A stretch of DNA of 64,000 nucleotides from Camelus dromedarius (Eukaryota). Below the pieces are notes generated by a model, which had not been told where the DNA came from, did no database searches, and worked only from the letters and a program-made list of their open reading frames with translations. Made by a program: the position numbers and the translations under genes. This document shows positions 1 through 13,079 of the stretch, one piece after another. Where the stretch lies: positions 4,342,001-4,406,000 of the forward strand of contig NC_087446.1 in assembly GCF_036321535.1 (NCBI RefSeq). The letters are read 5' to 3'. The stretch's first letter is position 1. Each line of letters begins with the position of its first letter.

Positions 1-254
1 CCCTTTCAACAAAAGGTGCACCTGCTCTGACCTGGGGCCCATTCTGGCCCCTGGATTCTTGCTGATGTATCTCTGGTTCCCCCTGAGGCTGGGTGACCCT
101 GACCGAGCCAGGTGGGTTCAGGGCAGGGGCAGACTGAACGAAGGAGGAGCCACCTATGTGGGGGGCCCAGCAGGACAGGGAGCCGGTAGAAGAGACCCCC
201 TTCTAGGACACGGCAGCTGTGTCTTCCTCTCCCTCTGGATCATCAGATTGGCAG

Positions 255-400
255 TAAATATCCACTGATTGCTTGCTGTGTGCCAAGAAGTGGTCATTGC
301 TGAACACACAGCAGTGAACAAGACAGACAAGGTCCTGCTCACTTGGCCTGACCTTCTAGAACGGGGGTAACCCACAATTCAAAAGCAAACAGACAGACTA
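255..400 (-). mobile_element. L2 LINE 3' end fragment
   Basis: 'ttgctgtgtgccaag...cagcagtgaacaagacagacaaggtcctgctc' resembles the reverse complement of the L2 3' terminus. Confidence 0.6.
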
Positions 401-804
401 TTTATGATGGTGATGGATGCTGGTGTCCTTGGGAGTAACATGCAAGCACCCGAACGCTCCTGGCAGGTGGGAAGTGCTGGCCATTCTCGCTCAGGAGAAG
501 GGGTTTAAAGACACAAGAGTGGGTCCCACCTAAAGTTTTAAAAGATATGTGGTTCTGAGGCACAGAGATGGACCAGAGCCCCCAAGGCTGTGAGCAAAGC
601 CCCTGCTCCCTGTGCCGCTGAGATGGGAAAGATGGGGGCACAGCTGGACAGCACGCCCTGTGTCCATGGAGGGGCTGCCCCAGCAGACAGTGAGCTCCCC
701 GTTACGGGGGTGTGCAAGCTCCCACCGCCCACCAGGCAGGCTGCTGAAGGGGCTTGAGTGGCACAAGGGGTGAGAGAGCCCACCCGTGCTGCGGGGACGG
801 GGCA

Positions 805-860
805 CAGTCACCTAACTTTGACCCTCCTGGCCTTGGTTTTCTCATCTGTAAAATGGCAGG
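805..860 (+). mobile_element. MIR SINE core fragment
   Basis: 'ccttggttttctcatctgtaaaatgg' MIR core motif. Confidence 0.6.
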
Positions 861-1254
861 CAAGGTGGGACCACCAGACGGGCCTGAGCTTGACCCCAGC
901 CCGAGGGCCGGGGGGATGCACTGCAGGCACTCCTTGCAGCAGATTTTACTTGCTGCCCAAGCACTGTTCTACCCACGAGGCAGGGAGCCCTCCTCCTCAG
1001 GCCCTCTTGGCCCCCAGACCCAAGTGTCCCCCATCATCCTCAGGATGAGTTTGCTCACTATTGTTAGGAGAGGACAGGGCCTCACCGTCCCCTTCTCAGC
1101 TCCTCCTCACCGTCCTTGGGACCCCACAGAGGGGCCAGGCCAGCACCAAGGACCAGGAGGATCAGGCTGGGCCCTGCCTGGGGGACAAGGCAGAAGGGGG
1201 CAGAGCGCTGGGAGCTGAGAGCCAGGAGGGCTCCCTGGAGGAGGAGGAGGCCTA

Positions 1255-1465
1255 GCTCCCTTCTCTCTGCCTCTTCCCCTCTCTCTCCTCTCTTCGGACC
1301 CCTGGCTGGCTGTCCCTCTCAGGGTCTCTCTGCCACCTCTCTGTTCCAGCCTCTTTCTTGGTCCTCTTTCTCTCTGTCTCTCTCTCTGTCTACCAGTCCC
1401 CCTCCCTCTGTCTCCATCTCTGTCTGTCTGAATGTCCTTCTCTGCCAGTGTCTCTCTCCTTGTCT
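1255..1465. repeat. CT-rich low-complexity tract
   Basis: degenerate (CT)n/(CTGT)n, strongly pyrimidine-biased. Confidence 0.8.
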
Positions 1466-2109
1466 CGTGGTGGCTCCATCTACCCATTCCCCCCTTTCCA
1501 TGAGTGACAGGGCGGCATGATGGGGCTAGAATTAGACCAGCAGCTGAGAGGCCAGCTGCCACTCTCTTTCCTCCCTGCTCGGGGCCTCCATCCCGGGGGC
1601 GGGTGGATGTTCCCCGCACCGGGAGAAGGAGGACCGACCCCGCAGTAGAAATCCTGAATTAGGCCTGGATCGGAGCCACCCCAACAGATCACAGACGGGT
1701 GGGGTGTGTCCTGGCTGGGGTTGGGGGATACCCCAGGGGGGAATCCAGGGGCCCATCACATGCCCAAACGTAGGGCAGGCAGGATTCACGAAAGGGGCGG
1801 GTGCTCTGGGCTCTGTCCCTGGAGGGTGACTGTCCTCTGATGCTCAGACCAGAGCACAGCACCCCCCACCCCCGGACTCAGCCCGAGTCCTGTGAGCAGG
1901 GGCAAGGCCTCAGGCTGAAGGGACCCCAGAGGAGCAGGGGAGGAGGGTCTCATCTGTAAAAGGGGGCACGTCCCCTTCGGGAGTTCCTCACCTCCATCCA
2001 GCCTCTCGTCATTTCTGAATCTTCTTTGGGCTCGGATCACCGGTCCTCTGCTTCTCAGCATCTGGAATCATCTGGTTTACTGCTTGTAGGATGCAAACCC
2101 TGAAGGGTG

Positions 2110-2225
2110 GGACTCTCCCCCACCTGCCTCTGCCTGGGATCCCCAGGACCGAGAGGAGGGTCTGCACACAGTAGGTGCTCAGTAGTAGGTGTTGGATGCA
2201 GGGAAGGGTGGCGGTGGATGAATAA
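2110..2225 (+). mobile_element. L2 LINE 3' end fragment
   Basis: 'gcacacagtaggtgctcagtagtaggtgttggatg' resembles the L2 3' end (cacatagtaggtgctcaataaat). Confidence 0.55.
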
Positions 2226-2283
2226 CCATCCACCCTTCCCCCAGCTGTCTGTTGTCACCGCCCGCTGTGTCACAGGGAGCAAG

Positions 2284-2333
2284 GGACCGGGCGCCCAGGA
2301 GAACCGCTGGACCCGGCGCCCAGGAGAACCGGT
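2284..2333. repeat. 25-bp tandem duplication
   Basis: ggaccgggcgcccaggagaaccgct / ggacccggcgcccaggagaaccggt, 2 mismatches. Confidence 0.9.
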
Positions 2334-3168
2334 GGGCCAGGAGGAGGGCCGCTCCCCGCCAGCCTGCGGGTGTCTTCACACACATCTTCACGGTGGCAGA
2401 TTGTCATTTACTGTATTCACTTTGCTCAGGCTGTGAACATTTGCCCAGAATATGAAATATGGTTCAGAAAACGGTTTGAAGCGGCTGGCACGCGTGGCCA
2501 CGTGCAGACGGCCCCAGTTCACTGAACTCTCCTTTTGAGGGGTTCATTCATTTCGCAAACGAATAGGAACCGAGAAGGCCCTCGCAGCCCCACCCAAGCA
2601 GTGGTCCTGCCCGCGGGGCGTGTCTGCCCTGATGCAGGAGACAGGCACGCGCCAAGTCGAAGACTCAAAGCACAGGTTCTCCTGGACAGGAGCCCTGAAG
2701 AAGTGGGGCTCCGGGAGATCTGCCTCCAAGGGGCGTGGGGGGCCCCGCTGTTCCTAGGGGTGGTCAGTCCTGGGTAAGGTGCCAAGGCCCTATCCTGCTT
2801 GCGAGCAGTTCTGGGGCCTGGGAGGGGCTCTGGGTGGACTTACATCCGTCTCCCGGTGGTGGCAGCCTGCACCACAGCCTCCAGGCAACCTGCCTCAGGT
2901 CCCCAGGGTGGGAGCACAGGGGTGGGTGTTCCCAGGCCCCAGCCCTCTCGGAGCCCTGGGAGACTGACCAGCCAGCCCCCAATGAACAGAGAAGGTGGCG
3001 TGTGGCCTGGGAGGCTGCAGAGAAAGGGCGGGCTCCCCGGGCACGGGGCGGGGAGGTGGAGTGTAGGCAGGACATGTGGGTCCGTGTGTCTGTAAAGGGG
3101 CTACGCCTGCTCGGTGAGGGACAGCTGGACTCGGGTTCTCGGCGCTGAAGCTAAAACACATTCAGCAA

Positions 3169-3202
3169 ACACACACACACACACACACGCACACGCACAC
3201 AT
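3169..3202. repeat. (AC)n microsatellite
   Basis: (AC)10 followed by gcacac variants; alternating purine-pyrimidine run. Confidence 0.95.
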
Positions 3203-3774
3203 CGGTGCACTGCGAGCTGAGGCACAGTGGATAAGCAGACACTGATGGCCTTCCGTGCACCCAGCATCTTCCTCTTCATCACTGCAGCCCCGCCAGCTCC
3301 AGCCTGGCTTGCTGGAGGGGAGAGCAAGGCCCTGATGGGCTAAGAGACGTGCTGGGGCCTCCCACGTGGAAACGGCCAGAACCCGCTCACATTCTCCCTC
3401 GGGGCACCAGACAGATTCAGAAGGCGGGGGCGGGGGTGGTCCCACGGTGCGTCCTGGCAGCTCATCCATGGTTTTGGGTCTGAGAAGATGATGTTTACGG
3501 CGCTGGGTGAGGGCAGTGCGCAGGGCCAGTGCTGGAATGGCAGAGGGGAATGTTCCGGGGTTGGCTGAGGGACCAGACGTAGGCTGGGGAGTAAGCCGGG
3601 CTTGAGGCCCCCCACCCACCACCAGGGGAGCCCCAGCACGGCCACCTTCGGGCAGGGCAGCTGGGCAGGCTCCTCTCCTGTCTAGACCTTGGACTTCACG
3701 TCTGTCAGGTGTGCTTACTCCTGGGAACTTGCGGGTCATTAGGGGACCAACAGCGGCTATCAGGGGTTCCCTTC

Positions 3775-3900
3775 CTTACTAAATATTTTCTGAGCACCTA
3801 CTATGTACGCCTGCTATGGAACAGACGCACCGGGGTTATGATGGTGAACAAGAAGACAAGGTCCCCACCCTCCTGTGTCCTCAGCCCAGTGGGGAGAAGC
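3775..3900 (-). mobile_element. L2 LINE 3' end fragment
   Basis: 'tactaaatattttctgagcacctactatgtac...tggtgaacaagaagacaaggtccc'. Confidence 0.65.
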
Positions 3901-4169
3901 TCAGAATGGATGGTTATGGCTGTCCCTCGTTCTAGCCCATCCTCTGATCTCAGCCCTGCTCTGGACAGGGGTGCCTGCTGCCCTCCTCTTCCAGATGGAT
4001 AAACAGAGGCAGCCTCAGGAGGGGAGCACCTCACCCAAGCTGAATCCCAGCCTGGCCCCTGAGTCGGGGGCCATCCTCGCCAGAGGGTCTTGGAGACCCC
4101 CAGTTCAGCCCCACATTTTCTTGGATGAGAACAGAGGACCACATTCTCTAAGTGCCTCCATCTCTCCCA

Positions 4170-4600
4170 GAACATTCCCAGTAGGCAACAACTCAGCCCA
4201 GAATGGGCTAGTTTGAGCCGCTGGAAATCTCAGCTGGGATCCTGGCGTCTGGGGAAGGGCCGGGCTCTAAAAATAAACCACTCGCCTCAGCCTCAGCCTG
4301 GGAGCAGCCGGCGGGCGCCTGGTGAGTGAAAGCAGACGCCTGGCGCTCCCGGCAGAGGACAGTGGGCCTGGCCCGGCCGGAGCGGCCCTGCTCTGGCAGC
4401 TGGTCCCCGGGACAGGCTCGTGGCAGGTGGCAGCCAGGAATATTCGACCCCGGCTCCCGGAGGCCCCCCCACCCCCCACGCACACATCTCATATTCCCCA
4501 TCCTGGGACGTGTGTCTCCCACAAAGCGGAGCCCGGGCTGCTCCCCAGGAAGGGGCCGGCGGCGGGCGCCTGGGACAGCTGGAGGTACCGTCCACGTGCT
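4170..4600. promoter_or_regulatory. Candidate enhancer (MEF2 + E-box + TEAD motif cluster), CpG-retaining
   Basis: CTAAAAATAA 4267-4276; CAGCTG 4231, 4397, 4576; CAGGTG 4424; CACGTG 4593; CATTCC 4173; local CpG enrichment. Confidence 0.4.
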
Positions 4601-7174
4601 GGAGAGTGGCAAGCCTCAATGCAGGTAGGGGGACGTCTCCTCAGGCCCCGGGGGAGGTGAGCTGTGGGCCTGGGGGAGAGGGGGCCCTGGGGGGCTCTCT
4701 GTCCATCCTCAACTCCTGGGAGAACTGACGGGGCATTGGCTGTCCCTGGGAGGAGCCAGGATGCTGCTTCCCTCCCCCCTGTCCATGCCCCCAGCCTGGT
4801 GGGAAACAACAGGCCCTTTTCCGCTCTGAATACTCTCAGCCAACACGGAAATGTCAGAGTCCTGGGGGCTTAATTAGAAGAAGACTGCAGGTTAATGGGT
4901 TTGCAGAAACCAGGTTGAAAAGTTTCGAGGCAGGCGTCCTGCAGGGTTGCAAGGAGCCTGGAGCCTTCCGAGGAGAAATGGCTCCCTTTCTGGCTCCGGG
5001 GTGGGTGGGGGAAGACAGAGGACCCCGATCCTGTCCCCAGAGGGAGGCGGGCAGCCCGCCTTCTCAGAAGCACTGTCTGGGGAAGACTGTCCAGGACAAT
5101 GGGGAGAAATTCTAGGGGCACAGGTTTGTCCGGGCAGGTCTTGAGATCCTTGACTCTGTATCATACTTCAAGGTTTGCAGAAAGAAACCTTTCAGTAAAA
5201 GGTTTTAGTAAAAGGTGGGGGCTGCTTTGGGCGCTGAGCTGGGCCTGCGGGGCCGGAGGTGAAGCGTGGGGACCAGTCCCCAAGCTCTGCACCTCTGTCT
5301 CCCGTGCTCCGAGGTGCTGTCAAATCTGATTTTCTGCTTAAACGGATTTCTGTGCCTAATCCCTGGGCAGGATATTCACCTACAGGCGAGGCGATTAGCG
5401 CTAATGCGGTCCCCTCCCCGCCCAGGATGGGGAAGGCGGGAGACGGGCTGGGGGTTGGGGCTGCTAGCTGCCTTCCCACCCCGTTCATCAGACCCTTGTG
5501 AGGGCTTCGGGGCCTTTCCTGGGCACACGGCAGGGAGTCACTTGGGGAGTGGGGTTGATCGGGATGAGTTTTCGCGGTCTGAGAGTGAGCTGGCCTCGGA
5601 CACGTCTGACTCCTGCAGCCACACTGGCACGGCTGGGGGGAGTGGTCCAGGTGCAAGGTTGCAGGAAGGAAGGCCGGCCTACGGAGGAAGGCTCTCTGTG
5701 GTGGTCAGTGGAGGAATGCTGGGTGGTCGCTGGGTCTCAGACTGAGCATGTCCTTCCTGCAAACACCCAAGGGCCCTCCAGGCCGGACGTGCATGCCCAC
5801 CTACCCGCCGTCCTCTCTGCCGGCACCGTCCCTCGGAGTCAGGAGGGAGCTGATGCTGTTCAACCTTCTCCCACAGTCCCCCAGAACCTTGCTCAGGAGT
5901 TGCTGCCTTCTCATCTGCCCAGTAAACCCACCCAACCGCCCCCAGCTTCCGAACTTCAGTCCTCCCGCGTGGCCTGCGTCACCGGGACCAGCCACTGGGT
6001 ATCGTCACCACCGGGCTGAAACCCTGACTTGGGCTTCTCTCGGTACTGCTGCTCCCCAGATGCCTGAATCTCAGGAAAACACTCGGCCCCCTAAGCCTCA
6101 TTCTTGCCAGCCAGGTGGGGGTGATGGTGCCTTGGCTACGGGGCTGCTGGCTGACTAGCAGAGATTTCGGGCCGGAGGTGTGACCCAGACCCGGGGCAGC
6201 TTGCGGGGGAGGGCGCGTCATTTCTCCTGCATTTTCCCATGTGCCCTGAGGGCCAGGACTTGCCAGCACAGCCTGGCACACAGCAGGCGTGCAGTAGTGC
6301 TGTGCACACACACGCGCGCACATGAGGGCACAGCCGCTCTGGCTCTGACTTTCACACCAGCCCTGTCTGGCTAGGACCGTGGTGACAACACCTACGCAGT
6401 GTCCTCTTACCCCTCTCTTCTAGGTGCCGCCCTGGCCCCGCGCGGTCCTGACCACAGGGTAGGTTGCTGGGTTTGAGTCCAGGCGCTCGAGCCACCGCCC
6501 AGTGGGGTGGGTGCAGCTGCGGGAACGTACGAGACCCTAGGCCGTCGCAGGAGCCCGAGGTGCAGGTGCCAGCCTTCACTTGGGAACCGTATCCGTGTTC
6601 TCGTTTCTGGCTGAGTTGGCTCCTGTCTCACGTGCACACGCGGACACTCAGCCTCTGCCCCCAACTCCTGGGAAGCTGGGAGTGCCAGAGGCGGTGGCTG
6701 TCTCCAGACCCAGGATGAGGCCACAGGAAGCGCTGTAGCCGAGGCCTGAAACCCAGCATGTGCCTGCATTAGCAGCAGGGACTCCACATGGCAGTGACCA
6801 AATGCCAGGTCAGAACCACCTGCTTGACAAACACTGTCTCTCACCTCCAATCACCCGACTCTATTGCAAAGAATAAAATTCTGTACAAAGACGCAGCTCA
6901 GCAAAATAGAGCAACTGCATGTACATTACTCCTGAGAGGTGGGCAGAGGTGCAGCTCGAACCCGGGGGGCCTGCTGGCCGTGCTGACCAACCTGCATTCT
7001 GCTCACACACCCAGACACCTTGCTGTTCACACATCCCCCAGCTTCCCTGCTGGGGTAAAATCTGCCCCAGGGGTGCCTTGCTAGGTTGGCACGTTGTCGT
7101 TTCATCCAGCCTAATGCTGCCCCTCAGGGTTTGCCTCTGTGATTTCCCCACTCTGGACACATGCTCATCTCTGA

Positions 7175-7480
7175 TGTATCGGTCAGCTCTTGATGTAACA
7201 ATGCTCCATAACAAACAATCTCCAAATCTCCGTGGTTTACAGCAACCAAATGTGGATCTGCGGTTTGTCTGACCTTGGCTGGGTCTGCCTGGGCAGAGCC
7301 GGGTTCAGTGGCACTTGACTCCAAGCTGTATCCGTTTCGGGTCTGCCCTGAATTCTCATTCTGGGGTCTGATCTCCTCTGGACTGTGGCAGAAGAGCAAA
7401 CCACCTCAGCTCAGGAAAGGTCTCTGCTCACTTCACTCAGCCATCGTCGATCTGCCAAGCCCCAGGTCTGTAAGGTGAGG
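7175..7480 (-). mobile_element. MaLR (MLT1J/K/L-like) LTR relic
   Basis: 'gtaacaatgctccataacaaacaatctccaaatctccgtggtttacagcaacc...ttgactccaagctg' typical of old MLT1 LTR ends. Confidence 0.6.
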
Positions 7481-8563
7481 GCCTAGACACCACCTACTCT
7501 CCTAGGAGGCACTACAAGGTCCCAGGGTGGAGGGAGGGGCAGAGACTGGGGATGAGGACTCCGTCTTCCACATTTGCACATACCTCCCACACTCTCTGAT
7601 TTATTCACATGCCATTCCCCTCCAGCCTGGGTGCTCCCTGAGGACGAGCATGACTGATTCTCCCTGGACCACAGGGCCCTGATGATGCAAATTATCACTG
7701 AGGCCAGGTCAAGTTCAGGGTCAAGTGGGGGTAGTCAACAGCCAGGTAATGGCATGGCTCCCAGCTAATGGGGTTGAGGGAGAGGAACAGAGCAGGGACA
7801 GGGAGGGCTTATGTGTCACTGAGGGGACAGGAAAGTCTTCACGGGGGAGGAACCCTGTAAAGGGATTTCAGCAGGCAGAGGAGAGTGGGCAGAGGGCATC
7901 CTGGAAGGGGCACTGCCCGGGCAAAGGCCTGAGGGCAGGAAAGCGGGAAACCTGGTCTGGCTGGTCCTGCTGCCTCTCGCTGAGCCAACTGTGGGCCCTC
8001 CCTGGCCTGGACGCTGCAGAGGGTGCAGCCCCAGGGCCCTTTCGAAGCCTGTTCTGTTGCCTCTGAATTCTGCCCTGAGAACCTCTTTAAGCTTCTCTGG
8101 CCCCAGCTCTAAATTAAGTGGGAACTGGGAACCTCTGATCTCATTACTCGAATTATAATTGTCCTTTCCTTAAATCATTCATGGTGGCAGAGCCTGGGGA
8201 CATGGAGGCACTGGAGAATTGCCCAGCCAGCAGCGTGAAGGGGACAGTGGCTTAAAGGTCACTGACAAATACTCCAGTTCACATTAATTTGCAAAATAAA
8301 GAATACACCGTCCCAAAGCCCTTAGGCTATGAAGCTATTTAAATACCGGCAGTTCAAACACCGAAAGGGGAGAGGGGTTATTTTTCCAAGTTAAATACTC
8401 TCCTCTGTCTCCTGAGATTTCAAGACCCCAGGCAGAGAGGACCTTTAAGGAAATTAATCTTGTACAGGAGGCATTTGTTCAAGTCGGCTCTCCCCTCCCC
8501 ACACTCAACCCTTCCAGGCAGAGCGGACCAGGAGACAGAAAGGCTGGGATTTAAGAACAGTTC

Positions 8564-8713
8564 AATGGGAAAAAAAATATGAAAATGAATGTATGTATGT
8601 ATATGCAAGACTGGGACATTGTGCTGTACACCAGAAATGGACACATTGTAATTGACTGTACTTCAATAATAATAATAATAAAAGAACCATTTAAAACAAA
8701 CAAACAAAACAAA
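8564..8713 (+). mobile_element. Young 5'-truncated L1 3' end (camelid-type) with A-rich tail and TSD
   Basis: 'gactgggacattgtgctgtacaccagaaatggacacattgtaattgactgtacttcaata' plus (AAT)n/(AAAC)n tail; TSD aagaacagttc (8553-8563) / aagaatagttc (8714-8724); TT|AAGA nick site. Confidence 0.85.
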
Positions 8714-8729
8714 AAGAATAGTTCCAGTG

Positions 8730-8830
8730 CTGTAGCTGTGTGTCCCTGGGCACACCCCTTAGCCCCTGAGAACCTCCGTTTATCCATCTGTAAAATGGGC
8801 TGATGATCCCTGCTTGGGCCAATCCTCTAG
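8730..8830 (+). mobile_element. MIR SINE fragment
   Basis: 'gctgtgtgtccctgggcac...ctccgtttatccatctgtaaaatggg'. Confidence 0.65.
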
Positions 8831-11299
8831 GAGGGCAGGGAGAATCAAGGGGGAAGATGGGTGTCAAAATGTAAGGGGCACTGGCAGCCTGTGCACACAG
8901 GAGGAGACGGTGGAGGGGGCATGCAGCGGGGTGGGGGGGAAGATGGAGGGGGAGCAATGAAGGGTCCCAGAGCGAAACAGGGAGTGGGGAGTCAGCTAGG
9001 ACCTATGGCTGAGAATCTGGAGGGAAATGGAGACCCAGTGACCACAGATATCACCTGCAGAGAGAGGCCCATGCTCCCCATGCAGGAGTGAACAGCAGGG
9101 AACGGAGTCCTGAGAGGCCCTTGTGCCTCCTGGGGATGTGAGGGAATCACGTAAACGGGACCCGCCCTTCCCGAGTCTCAGGCCAGTTTGATGTCGCCTC
9201 CAGCTCAGAAAGGAAAGACCAGAGTCCGCTTTTTTTTTTTTTAAATTTAAATGAATGATTGAACACAGAAGAGGAATAATATGGAAGCCAATTTAGGAAA
9301 ACCTGTTAATTAGCTATCAATCACCAACCTGTGGTGAGAACTGGTTTCCTTTTCTCAATCATTGTCCTTGTCCTGCTTCAGAAGGGGGCCGTCATTGAGA
9401 GCCTATTCTGTGCTCGGGGCACTATACCGGGGGCGGGGGGTGGGGTGGGGCTCTGGAGTTAGAGGACCTGACCTCTTACCAGTCACGAGACCCCGGTGAG
9501 GGCTTGGCTGCCGCGTGCCCTTCCCAGCCTGGAAACGGGCGGTCTCACGGCTCCATGGTGAGGGCAGCGCTCGTTCACTTGCTAGAAGCACTTAGTCCGG
9601 CTCCAGGCACAGGTGGGCTCTCCAGGAAGTGCGGGCTGTTTCCCCAGGCACATCTCTTAGGGGACCTCACCAATCCTGGGTGACCTTGGCTGGTATCAGT
9701 GGCCCTTGGAGAGGGGACTGTGGCCTTGAAGCTTTGAGCTGCCTTTTGTTGGGTTTTCATATGAAATCTTTTATGGGGGAGCCTCTGTTGGGAGGAGATG
9801 GGAGGGTCTGAGGGAGGAGGCTGCCTGGTCTCCCACCACCTCCCGCTCACTGGGGGACTTGGAGTGACAACCTCTGCAGGGCCCCTGCCTCTAGAAGCCC
9901 ATTTGGACCTGGAGGTGGTCAGACACCCCTCCCTCCAATTCCAAATCCTAGCTGCACAGTTGAGGAGAGCCCAGGGGCTCAGGGTCTGCCCTCCTCAGCC
10001 TCCCTCCCTTCCAGGGAGCATCCCTGAGCCTGCTCTGGGCGGGGCCCCCGCAAGCGAGCACCCCAGGAGTACAGAAGATGGTTTCTTGGAGCCACCAGCC
10101 TGGTGGGGCCACACAGGGTCTCCCTGGGGTCTTGCAGGGGTCCCTCTGGGCCGCCCCCACCCCATGCGGTCAGTCCTGGCTCTCTCCCCACCTGTCTCTG
10201 TCTCCAGACCCTCCACCCTCTTGTCCTGCCTCCTTCTCTCAGCCTGGAGTGGCGCTGAAATAAAGTGAAGTATCCTCTTCAGCAATTTAAACATATTAAA
10301 TGTTCGCCAGCACACGTGGGGTATTTTCTCTCTTTCTGTCTCTCAAAAACAGGCAGCAAAAGCCGCCGAGGCGAGTCATTGGTTCCTTTCTCCGGCCGCC
10401 CTCCCGGCAGAGGCCCCGGCACTGGGCGTTCACACTGCTCCTGTCGACTTGGCAGGAGGCTCTTAACGCCTGGAACCCGCAGGTCTGGGGCCCTGGGGCC
10501 TCGGCGGGGTCCGGTAGCCCCTCCCAAGCCCCTCGTCCCCTTGGGCTCCTTTGAGAACTTGTCACTCCAGGTGATGGTCACGCTGGCGACAGGGGTTCAT
10601 GGTCATTCTCTAGGTGGGACACTTGGCTTCAAGGGGCAGGGGCCAGAGCCACCTGCAGTGTGTCGCAAAGCTGGGGCTTGAGCCTCTGCACAGAGAAGCA
10701 TTAGGGGCAGAGTGACTGATGAGGGTCCTGACACAGGTGATTCCTCCACCAGATGTGGCCGCCCCCCTGGTCAGCCCCGGCCAGGCACTTCCTTCCGGAG
10801 TGTTCCATTTGGTCATCCCCACCTTGCAGATGAGGTCCAGGGGGAGGAAGGGCCTTGCCGGGCCAACAGCAGGTAGCAGTGGCCAAATGGGAACCCACGT
10901 ACGCTCTGCGGGAGCGGTTTGCCTGAGGAGCTGCCCAAACGCACTGGTCAGGTGCACGGGGTGGTCCAGAGCTGAGTGAGCCCGCGCCGCGTGGACGGAA
11001 CTCTCAGAGCCCAGGTCTCCCGAGGTGCTTAGGGGATTGGAGGAGGCTCAGAGGCATGAGGTCCTGCAGGCCTGGGATGCAGGCAGACTGAGACCTGGAC
11101 GCCCACCAGACCTCCCTGACCACAGCGGCCTTGGCCAAGCCGCTCTGTCCTTAGCTGTACAGTGGGATGGTGTCACCAACCTGGCACAGAGGCGGAAACA
11201 CTGCTCGTCCCACGGGCACATCAGCTGGAGGGGCAGGCCCCGCAGGTACACAGCTCCCCAGGCACCCAGGCACCCCAGGCTCTTTCCCACTCCAAGGTC

Positions 11300-11600
11300 T
11301 TTGCGCATGCTGTTCCCTCTGCCAGGAACACTTTTCCGTCCGGTCCCCTCCTTCTCTACCGCCAAACGCCCCTCAACCATCCCTCTGCCACCACCAGCCT
11401 CGGCACTCGTACCTGGCACACAGCTGGGCTCACGCCTCCATTCTTGCTGTTCCCTTTGTTCCGAGGGCACCTGTCTTCTTGGTAAATATCTACTCCCGAT
11501 TCAAACACCACCTCCTCCATGAAGCCGTCCTGATCTCCTCCCTCTTCCCCAGCAGACCTGTGCAGGCTTCTAGAAAGGCACTGGTGACACTGACCCTGTG
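11300..11600 (+). mobile_element. L2 internal fragment(s)
   Basis: 'ctttgcgcatgctgttccctctgccaggaacac' and 'tcaaacaccacctcctccatgaagcc' L2 motifs. Confidence 0.55.
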
Positions 11601-12539
11601 GAGGACACGGGTCTTTCTCTGCCAGGGTAGGGGACTCCTTGAGGGTGGGGACAGTGGCTGATGGAGCCTGACACGGAGGAGCTCTGCTCAAACAGTGACC
11701 ATTATTACCATGACACAGCAATGCTACCGTGACGTGGGGAAACGTCCAGCAGGTCCTCCCAGAGAAAGAGAATCTTGTCTTTCTCCTCTCAACTTCTCCA
11801 TCTCTCACACCCCTAGGGAGAGTCCGCAGTAAACGGCTGCTTCCTGAATTTCTGAGCTGTAGACTCTTTACAGAGACTGGGCCACATGGGGCCAAGGGAT
11901 TCTTTTGGGTTACATTACGTCGTTGTTAAAAACCAGGAATTCTGCCTCCGAGATGCCTCCCAGCCTGCACTGAACCCCAGATGTCACTGTTGGGGTGAGT
12001 ACCCACTACCCCTGTAGACCAGGCCAACTGAATACAAAATTGAACCCTCTCCACTTCCTGGCAAGGAGCAGAGAGGCTAGAAATCCCTTCCTGCCTCTCT
12101 GCCAGAGTGCCACAGCCTCCCTCCCGCAGTAAGCCCTTTGGGGTTTGTGTCTCGGAGCCAAACCGTCCTCTAAATGCAACTCCCAAGCTGTGTGATCTCT
12201 TCAAGATCAGTCACTCGAAGGGACGCGCCGCTGCTGTCGGGTTCCTACACCCGCTGCCAATTAGCCTCCATGGAGGTCTGCAGAGGGAGCGGGCCAGAGT
12301 TGATGAAAGACCGGGAGACAATTAAAGCTCATCGTGCCTCCTTGCAAGTGCTGTCCTGCTCCGGAGAAGAGCCTGGGTGTCATCTAGCTGCTTCATGGAA
12401 ACCCTCTGCGCTTTTAAGACGTACTTTCCTAGGACCTGCCATCCAGAATCAAGGAACAGGGTGGGCAGAGCTGACAGGATGGAAGGGCAGCTGCAAAGAT
12501 GCCAACTCAGTCATCAATTGATTTTCAGGACACAGAGGA

Positions 12540-12760
12540 AAGAGTGCAGGCTTTGTAGCCTGACTGAGTCAAGCTTATAGCCCCACTCCAGCGCTTAGAA
12601 GCTGTGTGGCCTTGGGCAAATGACTCCAACAATCTGAGCCTCAAGTGGCCTCATCTGTAAAGCGAGGCCCAGAATGTCCATGCCGTGGAGCGGATGGGAC
12701 GGATGACCAAGTGAGAGGAGAGGGCAGCAGATGGGCTTGGTGCCCTGCGGAGGCTCAGGG
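12540..12760 (+). mobile_element. MIR SINE
   Basis: 'gctgtgtggccttgggcaaatgactccaacaatctgagcctcaagtggcctcatctgtaaag'. Confidence 0.7.
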
Positions 12761-13079
12761 AGTGGCGACGACGGTTAGCAGGGTCTGCATTCTAGCCAGG
12801 TGGGATCAGCCGACTTGGCCAGGAGTGAGTCCCGGATGTACCCCTGTGAGCTGGGGCCAGTCCCTTGATGTCTGAAATACAGAACTGGTAGTGCTGTTCA
12901 GGGCTATTGTATGGGTCTTATGAGATGACATAGGTGAAGATGCTTTGCAAACTGTAAAGTGTTGTGCAAATATCATAGACAGTTGCTAGCAATGATCTGT
13001 GTAGCCCAGGGCGGCTTTGGTGCTAAGATATGCTTTGGGCTGATGTCGGATTGCTCAGTGGGCTCTCCTGCAGGTATGG

